Below, one piece after another: positions 27,560 to 36,538 of a stretch of DNA of 64,000 bases. Every line of letters starts with the position of its first letter. The stretch's first letter is position 1. The stretch is from positions 1-64,000 of the forward strand of contig CAWDWO010000032.1 in NCBI GenBank assembly GCA_963806035.1, written 5' to 3'. The notes under the pieces are model-generated. The model saw only the letters and a list, made by a program, of their open reading frames with translations. It was not told the origin of the DNA and did not search any database. The translations under genes were made by a program, and so were the position numbers. The DNA is from Candidatus Krumholzibacteriota bacterium (GTDB lineage Bacteria > Krumholzibacteriota > Krumholzibacteriia > JAJRXK01).

Positions 27560-29803
27560 ATGCCTGAGAACTCATCGCAGCCGCTGCAGATCCATCTCTT
27601 CTCGGAGCAGATTTCCGAGCAGATCGGCCGGCTGCGTCTTCTCACTGGCGCGGAGTCCAATCGTTCGGATCTCGTCGCGATCAAGCGCGCGGTCATGGCC
27701 ACGCGTCTTCTGGCGGGAGGAGCACGCGCGCTCCGATTGTCGAGCCTTCCTACCTTTCTGGAAGAATTTCTGCAGTGGCTGCAGGGCATCCAACGCAGCG
27801 AGCAGCCCGCCTCTCCCACCCAAGAGCTCATTCTCGATGCGGTCATCGAGTTCGAAGAAGAACTCTTGCGTCATCTCGAGTCTCAAGAGGACGACGCGAA
27901 CCTCAGCTCCTTCGAGGAACAGATCACCGAGCTGCGCGGGTTACTCCGCCACAACCAAGAGGGCGCGGCGGCCAAGAAGATCCTGGAGATCGAGGAGATC
28001 GTGGACGAGGAGGCCGAAACCGAATCCCCCGCGCAGTTCGAGCCCGCTGAGCAGCCCCACGAAACGGAGAAGCTCGAGCATCCGGCCGAACCCACGCCGC
28101 CCAAACCAGTCGACCCATCAACGGCCCGGCCCGAGGCGGAGCAGCCTCAAGCGGGCCCGAAGGACCCGCAGGAGGGCATGCTCGAAAAGGCCGCGGCTCT
28201 GACACAGTGGCTGGGCGCGGTCGATGCGGAGCAGATGGAGAACCTGCGTTCCCGCCGCCAGCTGCGCGAGACCCTCTCGCAGCTGCAGGCGATTCTGGGT
28301 GAATTCCTGCAAGTGGAGAGCGCTCCGCAAGCGAGCCGCTCGCAAGCAAGCGAGCCGGTGCTCGAGGAGAAAAAGACCGAACTCGAAGCCGCGCCCGCCA
28401 CCGCGGTGGAGTCCACTCTGGACGAGTCGGACGACCCCTTCGTGCGCGGACTGGCCGTACTCTTGGAAGAGCGCCGCAACGCCCTGCAGGGGCAGCTCGA
28501 CTACCGCGTGCGCGGCTCTTTGCAGTGCAATCTCGACGCTCCGGTGGAACGCAAACTGAATCGGGTCGTCGACCATCTCCTGGAGGATTCCTGCGACATC
28601 TTGGATCAGATGCTCCAGGAGGAAGATGCGCCGCCGCGCGGCCGTCTCGAACTGTACTTGAGTGGAGAAAGCGATCGTCTGCGGATTTCCCTGCGCGACA
28701 ACGGGCCCCAGCTCGAGGGTACGCCCGCGCTCACCCACTCCGATCCCCTGGGACTGTATCGCGGCCTACGCCGCTGCCGCAGACTCATCGAGGAGCTGCA
28801 CGGCATCATCGTCGTCGAACCCGCCGACCAACCGGGTACGCGCTTCGTGCTCAGCTTGCCCCGCGATCCGCAACATCCCGTGGTCAAGTTGGTGGACCTG
28901 GGTTCGGTCCAGGCTGCTCTTCCCGGGCTCTTGATCGACGAGTATCTGAGCACCGACGGCCTGCTCTTCCATCGCGATACCGACGGAGAGCATTTCATCC
29001 GCAACGGACACACCGTGCCTCTGGTCGATCTCGCGCAGTACGTTGCCGGAGTCGACCCCATGGCCGAAGACGCCTCGGGCATCGTCATCGTCGGATCGGT
29101 GGAGAAGCGCCTGGGGATTTACTGCTACGGATTGTCGGAGAACATGGCGCTCGAGGCGAGCAACGAGACGCTCGACGGTTGGGACGAAGTTTCCACGAAG
29201 GCGGTGCAGGGTCAGGGAAAGCCCCTTCCGCTCTTGAGCATCGCGCGTCTGCTCCGTCTGCGCATGGCCATGCCGGAAGTCGCCGAGCCGGGCAGCGTCC
29301 ACGACCCGATGCTCGACATGTATCCCGATTTTCAAGAGACCGCGCCGAAGGCCCCGGAGACTGCGGATTCCGCTTCGGCCAAAGAGGGTGTGGAGGCCCC
29401 CGCCTCCCGCAAAGTGCTCTTGGTGAACCACTCCGAGTTCCGCCGGCGCGAGCTGGCGCGAATCCTGGAGCTGAGGGGCTATGAGGTCAGCGCGGCGCAG
29501 GACATCACGCGCGGGCTTGCCATCGCGGAAGGCGCACGACTCGCCTTCGTGGTGAGCGACCTGCGACTGGGCCGCGAAGATGCAGCCGGCTTCGTCGATC
29601 TCAAAAGAGCCTTTCCCTCCTCTCCCGTGATTCTCAGCACCTCGGTGGAGCGTCAGCACGCCGAGGAACTCGTCCAGCGCACCGGTGCGGATGCCTGCTG
29701 GCTCGAGCCTTTCCACTGGGCAGCGCTGCACTCCTTGCTGCTGACTTTGGGCGTGAGCGGTCCGGGGCCTCAGAGCGGCGGATTCATGCCATCCGATTCC
29801 TAG
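27560..29803 (+). CDS. Degenerate CheA-like hybrid protein (Hpt-like, HATPase-like, CheW, REC)
   Basis: LRDNG G1-like box, PGTRFVLSLP, CheW-like VPLVDL...EKRLG, REC-like KVLLV...VVSDL. Confidence 0.75.
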   Translation: MPENSSQPLQIHLFSEQISEQIGRLRLLTGAESNRSDLVAIKRAVMATRLLAGGARALRLSSLPTFLEEFLQWLQGIQRSEQPASPTQELILDAVIEFEEELLRHLESQEDDANLSSFEEQITELRGLLRHNQEGAAAKKILEIEEIVDEEAETESPAQFEPAEQPHETEKLEHPAEPTPPKPVDPSTARPEAEQPQAGPKDPQEGMLEKAAALTQWLGAVDAEQMENLRSRRQLRETLSQLQAILGEFLQVESAPQASRSQASEPVLEEKKTELEAAPATAVESTLDESDDPFVRGLAVLLEERRNALQGQLDYRVRGSLQCNLDAPVERKLNRVVDHLLEDSCDILDQMLQEEDAPPRGRLELYLSGESDRLRISLRDNGPQLEGTPALTHSDPLGLYRGLRRCRRLIEELHGIIVVEPADQPGTRFVLSLPRDPQHPVVKLVDLGSVQAALPGLLIDEYLSTDGLLFHRDTDGEHFIRNGHTVPLVDLAQYVAGVDPMAEDASGIVIVGSVEKRLGIYCYGLSENMALEASNETLDGWDEVSTKAVQGQGKPLPLLSIARLLRLRMAMPEVAEPGSVHDPMLDMYPDFQETAPKAPETADSASAKEGVEAPASRKVLLVNHSEFRRRELARILELRGYEVSAAQDITRGLAIAEGARLAFVVSDLRLGREDAAGFVDLKRAFPSSPVILSTSVERQHAEELVQRTGADACWLEPFHWAALHSLLLTLGVSGPGPQSGGFMPSDS

Positions 29804-29957
29804 GATGAACGCTTTCCCGGCTGCGGCTGGCACCTTGCAATCCACTCGCGCGGCGGGTGGTTTCCAGCAAAGGACCGCAAGGGGTCCATGCTTCCTCGAA
29901 GCGGCTCAAAACGCTCGTAAATGGACGATTGGGCGATCCTGATTCTAGCTCGTCCAT

Positions 29958-29973
29958 TGGCATACGGGTTGCT
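29958..29973 (+). promoter_or_regulatory. Sigma54 (-24/-12) promoter
   Basis: TGGCATACGGGTTGCT has exact GG-N10-GC spacing, 60 nt upstream of ATG 30034. Confidence 0.7.
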
Positions 29974-30033
29974 GATCAGTTGACGAGTCCAAACATCCTG
30001 GGGACCACACCTAGAGGTAACAAGGGGAACGGA

Positions 30034-30258
30034 ATGAGCGAGAAGAACTTTGGCGATTACGCCAATATCTACATCGGTGGGGAGGACACCAGCTCTCCCG
30101 TCATGACCTCCACGGAGGCCGCGGACTACCTGAAGATGCACGTGAAGACGGTCTGCAGGCTCGCGAAGGAGGGCAAGATCCCCGCGAAGAAGGTGGGGAG
30201 CGAGTGGCGTTTTCTCAAGAGCGTCCTCGACCGTTGGCTGACGAAAGAACTCGTCTGA
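30034..30258 (+). CDS. Excisionase-like HTH DNA-binding protein
   Basis: VMTSTEAADYLKMHVKTVCRLAKEGKIPAKKVGSEWRF. Confidence 0.9.
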   Translation: MSEKNFGDYANIYIGGEDTSSPVMTSTEAADYLKMHVKTVCRLAKEGKIPAKKVGSEWRFLKSVLDRWLTKELV

Positions 30259-30350
30259 GCCTCGAGTGCGTCGCTGACCCACCTCGAATCAGGGTTTCGT
30301 CGCGGCGGTCGGCCTCAGGGCGGGCCGCCGCAATTTTTGTCAGGGACTTT

Positions 30351-32561
30351 ATGCCGCGAGCGAAGTTTTCCCACATCAAACTCGCAGATCCCGAGATCTT
30401 CGTGATCAAGGTTTCCGGGCATTTGGGCGTCAAGGAACGCACGAGTGTTCAGGAGCTGTTGCAGAAGTGCGACGACAACCAGAAGTCCAAAGTCATCTTC
30501 GAATTTTCCGAGTTGGAGAGTCTGGGCGGAGGCGTCGCCAAGCTGCTGGGTGAATTCGTCGGCACGCGCATGCAACGCGGCTACGGTCCGGCGTTCGTGG
30601 GCTGTTCGGATACGGTGCAAAACTTTCTGAGCGCGCGTTGCGACGGTGGCGTGCCCTCCTTCCTTTCCTCGCTGGAGGAGAGTTCGGAGTATTTCGCCAA
30701 CGCGCCCACCTCCGCCGAAGTCCTCACCGGCCAAGAAAGACCCGCGACGAGTGAAGAGGCTGCCGCGCCCGAGGGCGAGGCTTTCGCGCCGAGTCCGGAA
30801 GAGCCCGTGGGGAGCGAGTCCTTCGAGGAATCTCTCATTCACGACTGGGTCGAATTCGACGCGGGCGCGGGCGGTGGTGGCGAGCCGGCTCCTTTTGCGG
30901 ATCCCCCCGACCCCAGCAGCAAATTGCGGATTCTCGAGGTGGACACCCCCGTTCCCGCGGCGCGCTATCTGAGTCTGGCCGAGGCCGAGCAGGCCTTCGG
31001 AGCGGCCCAGGACCTGGCGGGCATGAAGGGTGCGGTGGCGGCTCTGCTCTACGGAGTCGACCTGGCGGACACCTGCCACCTCATGACGCGCATGGGGAAA
31101 AAGCTGGAAGAGGTCGGCTGCAAGGAACATTCGCTGCTCCTGAATGGCGCCATCGCGACACGCCTCCTGAAGGCGAACACTCCGGTGCCCATGGACGACC
31201 TCGATGCCGACGACGCGACGGCCAGCGAGATCCAACTGCTCACCGAGCTGAACTGTCAGATGGCGGTGCCGATCATCGTCGAGGAGAAGCTCGAGGGCGC
31301 TCTGTTTCTGCGCAAGGAACACGCGGGCAACGAATACGGCCCCAGTGAAGTCCTGGCCCTCGACCTGCTCGGCCGCAAGATCGCGCACGCGCTGGCGGTC
31401 GGCGGAGAAGAACTGAGCGGGCGCGCGAAGACGAAGGGCTCAGCCGCCAAGAGCGGCGAACGCGATCTCAACCGCAAGATCCATCAGCAAAAGGCTCTCT
31501 TCACCATCGGAAAAGAGTTCAACAGCACCCGCGACGAAGACCACCTGATCAACCTCGTCCTCCTCACCACCATCGCTCAGGTGGGCGTGGGTTCGGTGGC
31601 CTGGTTCGAAATGGTGGGGGAGCAGCTGCTGCCGCGCAAACAACGCGGGCCGGAAGAGATCGCTCTCACCGAAATCGCGCTGGATGATCCTCAGCTCATG
31701 AGCGAGGTGAATCACCCGCAGCAATTGGCTCCGGAAAACGTACCCAAGGGCCTGGAGAGAGTCTTCGGTTGCCTGCGCGAGTACGGCTTCGATCTGGTGG
31801 CTCCTTTGAGCGGCAAGAACCGGATGTACGGGATTCTGGCGCTGGGACCGCGGCTCTCGGGCGGACGCGCCGAGGCAATCGACCACGAGTTTCTCGAGAT
31901 CCTCTTGAACCAGGCTGGAGTCGCGCTGGAGAACGTGCGTCTCATCCGGGACCTGCACGATCGCAACCTGGGAGTGGCGCAGACTTTCGTGAATCTCATC
32001 GAGAAGCGCAGCGGTCCCGGGGCGCGCGCAAGCACCGAGTTGATCTCGCACTACGTGGGCAAGGTGGCGGCCAAGATCAACTACCCCAGCGACCAAATCC
32101 GCGACCTGGTGTACGGCACGGTGCTGCGCGACATCGGAATGATCGAAATCAGCGACCTGGTCCTGAAGTCACCCCGCAGCCTCTCGCCCGAAGAGTGGCA
32201 GCTGATCAAGCAACATCCCCTCACCGGAGTGAACATCCTCTCGGCGATGGAGTTCTCCCAGACGATCAAGGATGTCGTGCTCTACCACCACGAGCGATTC
32301 AACGGAGAAGGCTATCCGCACGGTCTGCGTGGAGCAGCCATCCCCTTGAGCGCGCGCATCGTCTCGGTGGTGGAATCCTTCGTCGCGATGACGCGCGATC
32401 TACCCTACCGTTCGGCGCTCAGTCGCGGCGAGGCGTTGGAAGTCATTCGCGAAAACTGGGGGATGCGCTACGACGCCGAGGTCCTGCAGGCTTTCCTGGA
32501 GATCATCGAAGCAGAGGGGGAAGTCGAGCCGGTGACGAACATCCTGGTCGGGGCTCACTGA
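30351..32561 (+). CDS. STAS-GAF-GAF-HD-GYP protein with degenerate HD motif
   Basis: N-terminal STAS-like domain; GAF-like segments; VLRDIG in place of LHDIG; HHERFNGEGYP. Confidence 0.85.
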   Translation: MPRAKFSHIKLADPEIFVIKVSGHLGVKERTSVQELLQKCDDNQKSKVIFEFSELESLGGGVAKLLGEFVGTRMQRGYGPAFVGCSDTVQNFLSARCDGGVPSFLSSLEESSEYFANAPTSAEVLTGQERPATSEEAAAPEGEAFAPSPEEPVGSESFEESLIHDWVEFDAGAGGGGEPAPFADPPDPSSKLRILEVDTPVPAARYLSLAEAEQAFGAAQDLAGMKGAVAALLYGVDLADTCHLMTRMGKKLEEVGCKEHSLLLNGAIATRLLKANTPVPMDDLDADDATASEIQLLTELNCQMAVPIIVEEKLEGALFLRKEHAGNEYGPSEVLALDLLGRKIAHALAVGGEELSGRAKTKGSAAKSGERDLNRKIHQQKALFTIGKEFNSTRDEDHLINLVLLTTIAQVGVGSVAWFEMVGEQLLPRKQRGPEEIALTEIALDDPQLMSEVNHPQQLAPENVPKGLERVFGCLREYGFDLVAPLSGKNRMYGILALGPRLSGGRAEAIDHEFLEILLNQAGVALENVRLIRDLHDRNLGVAQTFVNLIEKRSGPGARASTELISHYVGKVAAKINYPSDQIRDLVYGTVLRDIGMIEISDLVLKSPRSLSPEEWQLIKQHPLTGVNILSAMEFSQTIKDVVLYHHERFNGEGYPHGLRGAAIPLSARIVSVVESFVAMTRDLPYRSALSRGEALEVIRENWGMRYDAEVLQAFLEIIEAEGEVEPVTNILVGAH

Positions 32562-32579
32562 GTGAGACGAGATGGTCCC

Positions 32580-34199
32580 ATGAGCGGTTACGCCACCAAG
32601 CCCAACGATCCCTCAGCCTTGACTCTTTCGACTTCGGCTCCGCCGTATCGCGTTCTCTTGATCGACTCCGATCCTCTGCACCGTGGAGTGATCAGTCGCA
32701 CGCTGGCCGAGAGCGGATTCGAGGTGCTGGTCGCCGTCGATGGAAGCCAGGGCCTCAAGTATTTCCATGCTCAACCCATCGATCTCGTACTGGTCGAACG
32801 CGATCTTCCCGATCTTTCCGGTCTCTCTCTGTGCTCGCGACTGTGTTCACGCGAGGGCGAGTCCGGAGGAGTCCCTGTGCTCGTGTATGGCATGGGAGGC
32901 GACGAGAGCGCCACGCGGGAGGCCTTTCGGGCCGGAGCACAGGACTATCTCGCTCACACCATGAGCCCGGTGGAAGTCGCGGCGCGCGTGGAACACGCGC
33001 TGAACAACGTCGCGTTGCGCAGAAACCTCTCGCAACAGAACGTCGAACTCACAAGCGAACTGGACGAGGGACAGCGCGAGTTGGCGGTCGCGTACCGTCA
33101 GCTGAAAGTGCAGCTCTTGAGTCAACGCGCGCTCTTCGACGTGAGCCACCAGATCAACTCCTCGATCGACGTGGACGATCAGATCAACATCCTCCTCTTG
33201 ACGGTCATGGGGCAGCTCGTCATCGAATCGGCGGCCATCTTCGTGAGCAAGAGCGATGATGAATTGCTCGAACTGCACTCGGCCAAGGGCGTGGATCGCA
33301 TCGAGATTCAGAGCGTTCACTTGAAACGCGAGACTTCCTTCCTGGACTACATCCAAGACCACGCGCGCAGCGTCGACTTCACGGAGATTCCCGCGGGAGT
33401 TTCTCTGGGGGGCGATCTGCAACACCTGCAGAAGATGGGCTTCGCCCTGGTGGCGCCCATTCTCACCGGGAACCAGCTCGCGGGACTGCTCTTCTTGGGC
33501 CCCAAGCTGGGCGGGCGTCCCTTCGAGCTGGCCGATCAGATGCTACTTTCCAGCCTGCTCGCGTCGACGGGAATCGCGATGGAGAAGGCCGCGCTCTTCA
33601 AGAAGCTGCAGGAAAGTTACGTGGCCACCATCCAGAGCCTGATGTCGGCCATGGAAGCCAAGGACACCTACACCCGCGGCCACACCGCGCGGGTGAGCCG
33701 TTACGCTTTGGCCATCGCGCAGGCAATGAACTTCAGCCGCGAGGCCCTGGAAGACGTGCGTCTGGGCGCGACCCTGCACGACATCGGCAAGATCGGTATT
33801 CACGAGGGAATCCTGAACAAGCCGGGGCGCCTCACCGACGAGGAACTCGAGATCATGAAGGAACACCCCGCCCTGGGGGATCGGATCCTGCGCAAAATTC
33901 TCTTCTTGAAGCAGGCGCGCAAGATGGTGCGGCACCACCACGAACGCTGGGACGGGGAGGGTTACCCCGACCAACTGAAGGGCGAGGAGATCAGCCTGGG
34001 GGCGCGCATCGTCACCGTGGCCGATTCCTTCGACGCCATGACCTCCAACCGCACCTACAGCGAGGGCATGGGTCTGACCGAAGCCATCTGGCATCTTTCG
34101 ACCAAGGTGCGCACCCAGTTCTGTCCCGACACCGTCTCGGTCTTCGTGAGGCTCCTGGAGACCCGCACCGTCGCCCTTCCCACCTGGCTGAAGGACTGA
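32580..34199 (+). CDS. REC-GAF-HD-GYP cyclic dinucleotide phosphodiesterase
   Basis: KDTYTRGH, LHDIGKIG, HHERWDGEGYP, VADSFDAM. Confidence 0.92.
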   Translation: MSGYATKPNDPSALTLSTSAPPYRVLLIDSDPLHRGVISRTLAESGFEVLVAVDGSQGLKYFHAQPIDLVLVERDLPDLSGLSLCSRLCSREGESGGVPVLVYGMGGDESATREAFRAGAQDYLAHTMSPVEVAARVEHALNNVALRRNLSQQNVELTSELDEGQRELAVAYRQLKVQLLSQRALFDVSHQINSSIDVDDQINILLLTVMGQLVIESAAIFVSKSDDELLELHSAKGVDRIEIQSVHLKRETSFLDYIQDHARSVDFTEIPAGVSLGGDLQHLQKMGFALVAPILTGNQLAGLLFLGPKLGGRPFELADQMLLSSLLASTGIAMEKAALFKKLQESYVATIQSLMSAMEAKDTYTRGHTARVSRYALAIAQAMNFSREALEDVRLGATLHDIGKIGIHEGILNKPGRLTDEELEIMKEHPALGDRILRKILFLKQARKMVRHHHERWDGEGYPDQLKGEEISLGARIVTVADSFDAMTSNRTYSEGMGLTEAIWHLSTKVRTQFCPDTVSVFVRLLETRTVALPTWLKD

Positions 34200-34260
34200 G
34201 GCTGTCCGGCCCGGCGGATGGACGCAAGCCCGGCCGAAGGACTGAGGCTGTCCGGCCCGG
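34190..34260. repeat. 25-bp direct repeat duplicating the HD-GYP stop region
   Basis: gaaggactgaggctgtccggcccgg at 34190 and 34236. Confidence 0.9.
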
Positions 34261-34668
34261 TGGACAGAGCGCGGCCGCGACCAGGGGTTGTCAGCTCCGA
34301 GGGCACCGGGGCGCGCCGCTTGGAAGGCGCAAACTCCCCTACAACTCGTTGATAAATTGCTAGTTCGTCGATTCGCCCCGCGACTCCGCGCGCGCTGGTC
34401 CCAGCCCTGCAGGAGTGAGAGACGCAGGCCGGGGGCGCCAGGGCGCCATCGCCCTGCGGATCGCCTGCCCCACGCTTTGGAGCGGTTCGAGGAGTGGAGC
34501 GAAGGCGGGGTTGGTGCACCCGCCGCATCGCTCCCCGAGTCGGCGGAGTGGCCCTTGGATGCCGGGGGCTCTCCGCCGGCCGCGGATTTTGCGCGCGTGG
34601 TGCGTGCTCATGGATCGCGATGCCCGCGGGCCCCGTGTTCACAGACTGCCATGCCCGGCACGTCTTTC

Positions 34669-35526
34669 TTACAAATTGCGATGATCGGGACGTTCACTGG
34701 TGGCGTCCTCGCCGCCCAGCTCCTCGTCGGCCAGGTTGGGCAGGTTCTCGGGCTGACCGTAGATCTCCAGCAGCTTCGTCTCGAGATCTTCCAGACTGAG
34801 ACGCCGCCGCAGCCGTCCCTCTTCGGCCACGCTGAGCTGACGGTTCTCCTCGCTCACCACGATGGCCAGCGCGTCGCTCTCCTCGCTGATGCCCAGCGCG
34901 GCGCGATGCCGCGTGCCCAGGGTGTAGGCCAGGTGCTCGTTGCGCGAGAGGGGCAGGATGCAGCCGGCGGCCACGATGCGATCGTGCTGGAGAATCACCG
35001 CGCCGTCGTGCAGCGGAGTCGGCGGAGTAAAGATGGTCTCCAGCAGAGTGGCCTTGATCTTGGCGTCGATGAGGGTGCCCGTTTCCACGTGTGTCTTGAG
35101 GCCGGTGTTGCGCTGCAGCACCAGGATCGCGCCCAGTCCCGCCTTCTGCAGCCGCGAGACCGCCAGCAGAATTTCATCCACCATTTCCGGACGACTCTCC
35201 GCCAAGAAGCGGCGCAGGTAGCGGGTCTGTCCCAGGTAGGTGAGGGCTCGGCGCAGCTCGGGCTGAAAGATGATGATGAATCCGATGAGCCAGACCGTCT
35301 GCAAGCTCACGATGATGCGGTCCAGCAGGGTGAGACCGAAACTCTGCGCGAGCGAGGAAAAAAGAAACAACACGCCCAAGCCCAGGAACATCTGAATGGC
35401 GCGGGTGCCGCGGATGATCAGGTAGAGGCGGTAGAAGAGAAAGGCAACGATGAGAACGTCCAGAAGATCCAGGATGTAGTAGCTGCGCAAGAATTCCAGG
35501 ACGGTTCCCAATTCCGAGTTCCTCAA
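34669..35526 (-). CDS. cdaA: Diadenylate cyclase CdaA/DacA
   Basis: Three N-terminal TM helices, IIFQPELRR, PLHDGA, LGTRHRAALG. Confidence 0.96.
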   Translation of the reverse strand: MRNSELGTVLEFLRSYYILDLLDVLIVAFLFYRLYLIIRGTRAIQMFLGLGVLFLFSSLAQSFGLTLLDRIIVSLQTVWLIGFIIIFQPELRRALTYLGQTRYLRRFLAESRPEMVDEILLAVSRLQKAGLGAILVLQRNTGLKTHVETGTLIDAKIKATLLETIFTPPTPLHDGAVILQHDRIVAAGCILPLSRNEHLAYTLGTRHRAALGISEESDALAIVVSEENRQLSVAEEGRLRRRLSLEDLETKLLEIYGQPENLPNLADEELGGEDATSERPDHRNL

Positions 35527-35547
35527 GGTTGGTTGTTCCCGGCCGGC

Positions 35548-36465
35548 CTACTCTTCGTCGTGGGTGGTAGGGGCGGGATACTCTTCAATTCGATCCAGGC
35601 CCGAGGGTTCCCAGGGCAGGGGTGCTCCTGCCGTCAGCGCGCGTCGTACCGTGAGATACTGGCGTGTCGCGGCCACATCGTGGACGCGAACCACGCTTCT
35701 GCGCAAGCGAAGACAGAGACCGGCCGCGGCCAAACTGCCCGCGAGTCGGTCCGCACTCTGCTCAGAGTCGTGCAGTTGCGCGATGAAGCGTTTCCGGCTG
35801 GCCCCCAGAACTACAGGGTAGCCTAGACGCGCGAATCGGTCGAGCGCCGCGAAGATTCGCAAGTTGTGCTGCAGGGTCTTTCCGAAACCGATCCCCGGGT
35901 CCAACCAGATGCGTGAGGAATCGATGCCGGCCTCTTGGGCCACTGCGGCGCGGCTCTGCAGAGCGCTCGCGATCTCTTCCACCACGTCTTGATAGTGCGG
36001 GTCCTTCTGCATGGTGGCTGGCTCCCCCTGCATGTGCATGAGGATCACTCCGGCCCCCGCCTCGGCCACCACTTCGGCCATGGCCGGATCGCCGAGGGCG
36101 CTGACGTCGTTGACCCAGTGCGCGCCGCAGGCCAGGGCCTCCTTCGCCACCGCCGCCTTGCGCGTGTCGACGCTCAAGGGGATGTTCAGCTCGCCCTTCA
36201 GGACTCGCACCACCGGCAGCACGCGTCGCAGCTCTTCCTCGGGTGAGACCGCGGGAGCACCGGGCCGGGTACTCTCGCCCCCGATGTCCAGCAGGTCGGC
36301 GCCCTCCTGGGCCAGCCGCAGACCGAGAGAAACCGCATCCTGCCAGTGGTAGTGGCGTCCCCCGTCGCTGAAGGAATCGGGGGTGACGTTCACGATTCCC
36401 ATGATCAGGGGCCGGTGGGGCCAAAATCGCGGTGAGTGGGCCAGGACTCTGTCAGATGGGGACAT
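35548..36465 (-). CDS. folP: Dihydropteroate synthase
   Basis: MGIVNVTPDSFSDGG, DIGGESTRPG, DPGIGFGK, SRK, RVHDV. Confidence 0.97.
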   Translation of the reverse strand: MSPSDRVLAHSPRFWPHRPLIMGIVNVTPDSFSDGGRHYHWQDAVSLGLRLAQEGADLLDIGGESTRPGAPAVSPEEELRRVLPVVRVLKGELNIPLSVDTRKAAVAKEALACGAHWVNDVSALGDPAMAEVVAEAGAGVILMHMQGEPATMQKDPHYQDVVEEIASALQSRAAVAQEAGIDSSRIWLDPGIGFGKTLQHNLRIFAALDRFARLGYPVVLGASRKRFIAQLHDSEQSADRLAGSLAAAGLCLRLRRSVVRVHDVAATRQYLTVRRALTAGAPLPWEPSGLDRIEEYPAPTTHDEE

Positions 36466-36538
36466 CGCGACCTTGCCGGCAAAAAGTGAGGGTCCGGGGA
36501 GACTCCCCCGAACCCTCATTCTAGCAAATCAAAGGCCG

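Noticed and set aside
29828..29839. Second sigma54 site tggcaccttgca
   Set aside because: GG-to-GC spacing is too short for -24/-12
30034..30258. Prophage or ICE excisionase marking a mobile element
   Set aside because: No integrase, att site or phage genes nearby
34265..34668. cdaR/ybbR gene or small ORFs downstream of cdaA
   Set aside because: Candidate ORFs are Arg/Pro-rich with no recognisable motif
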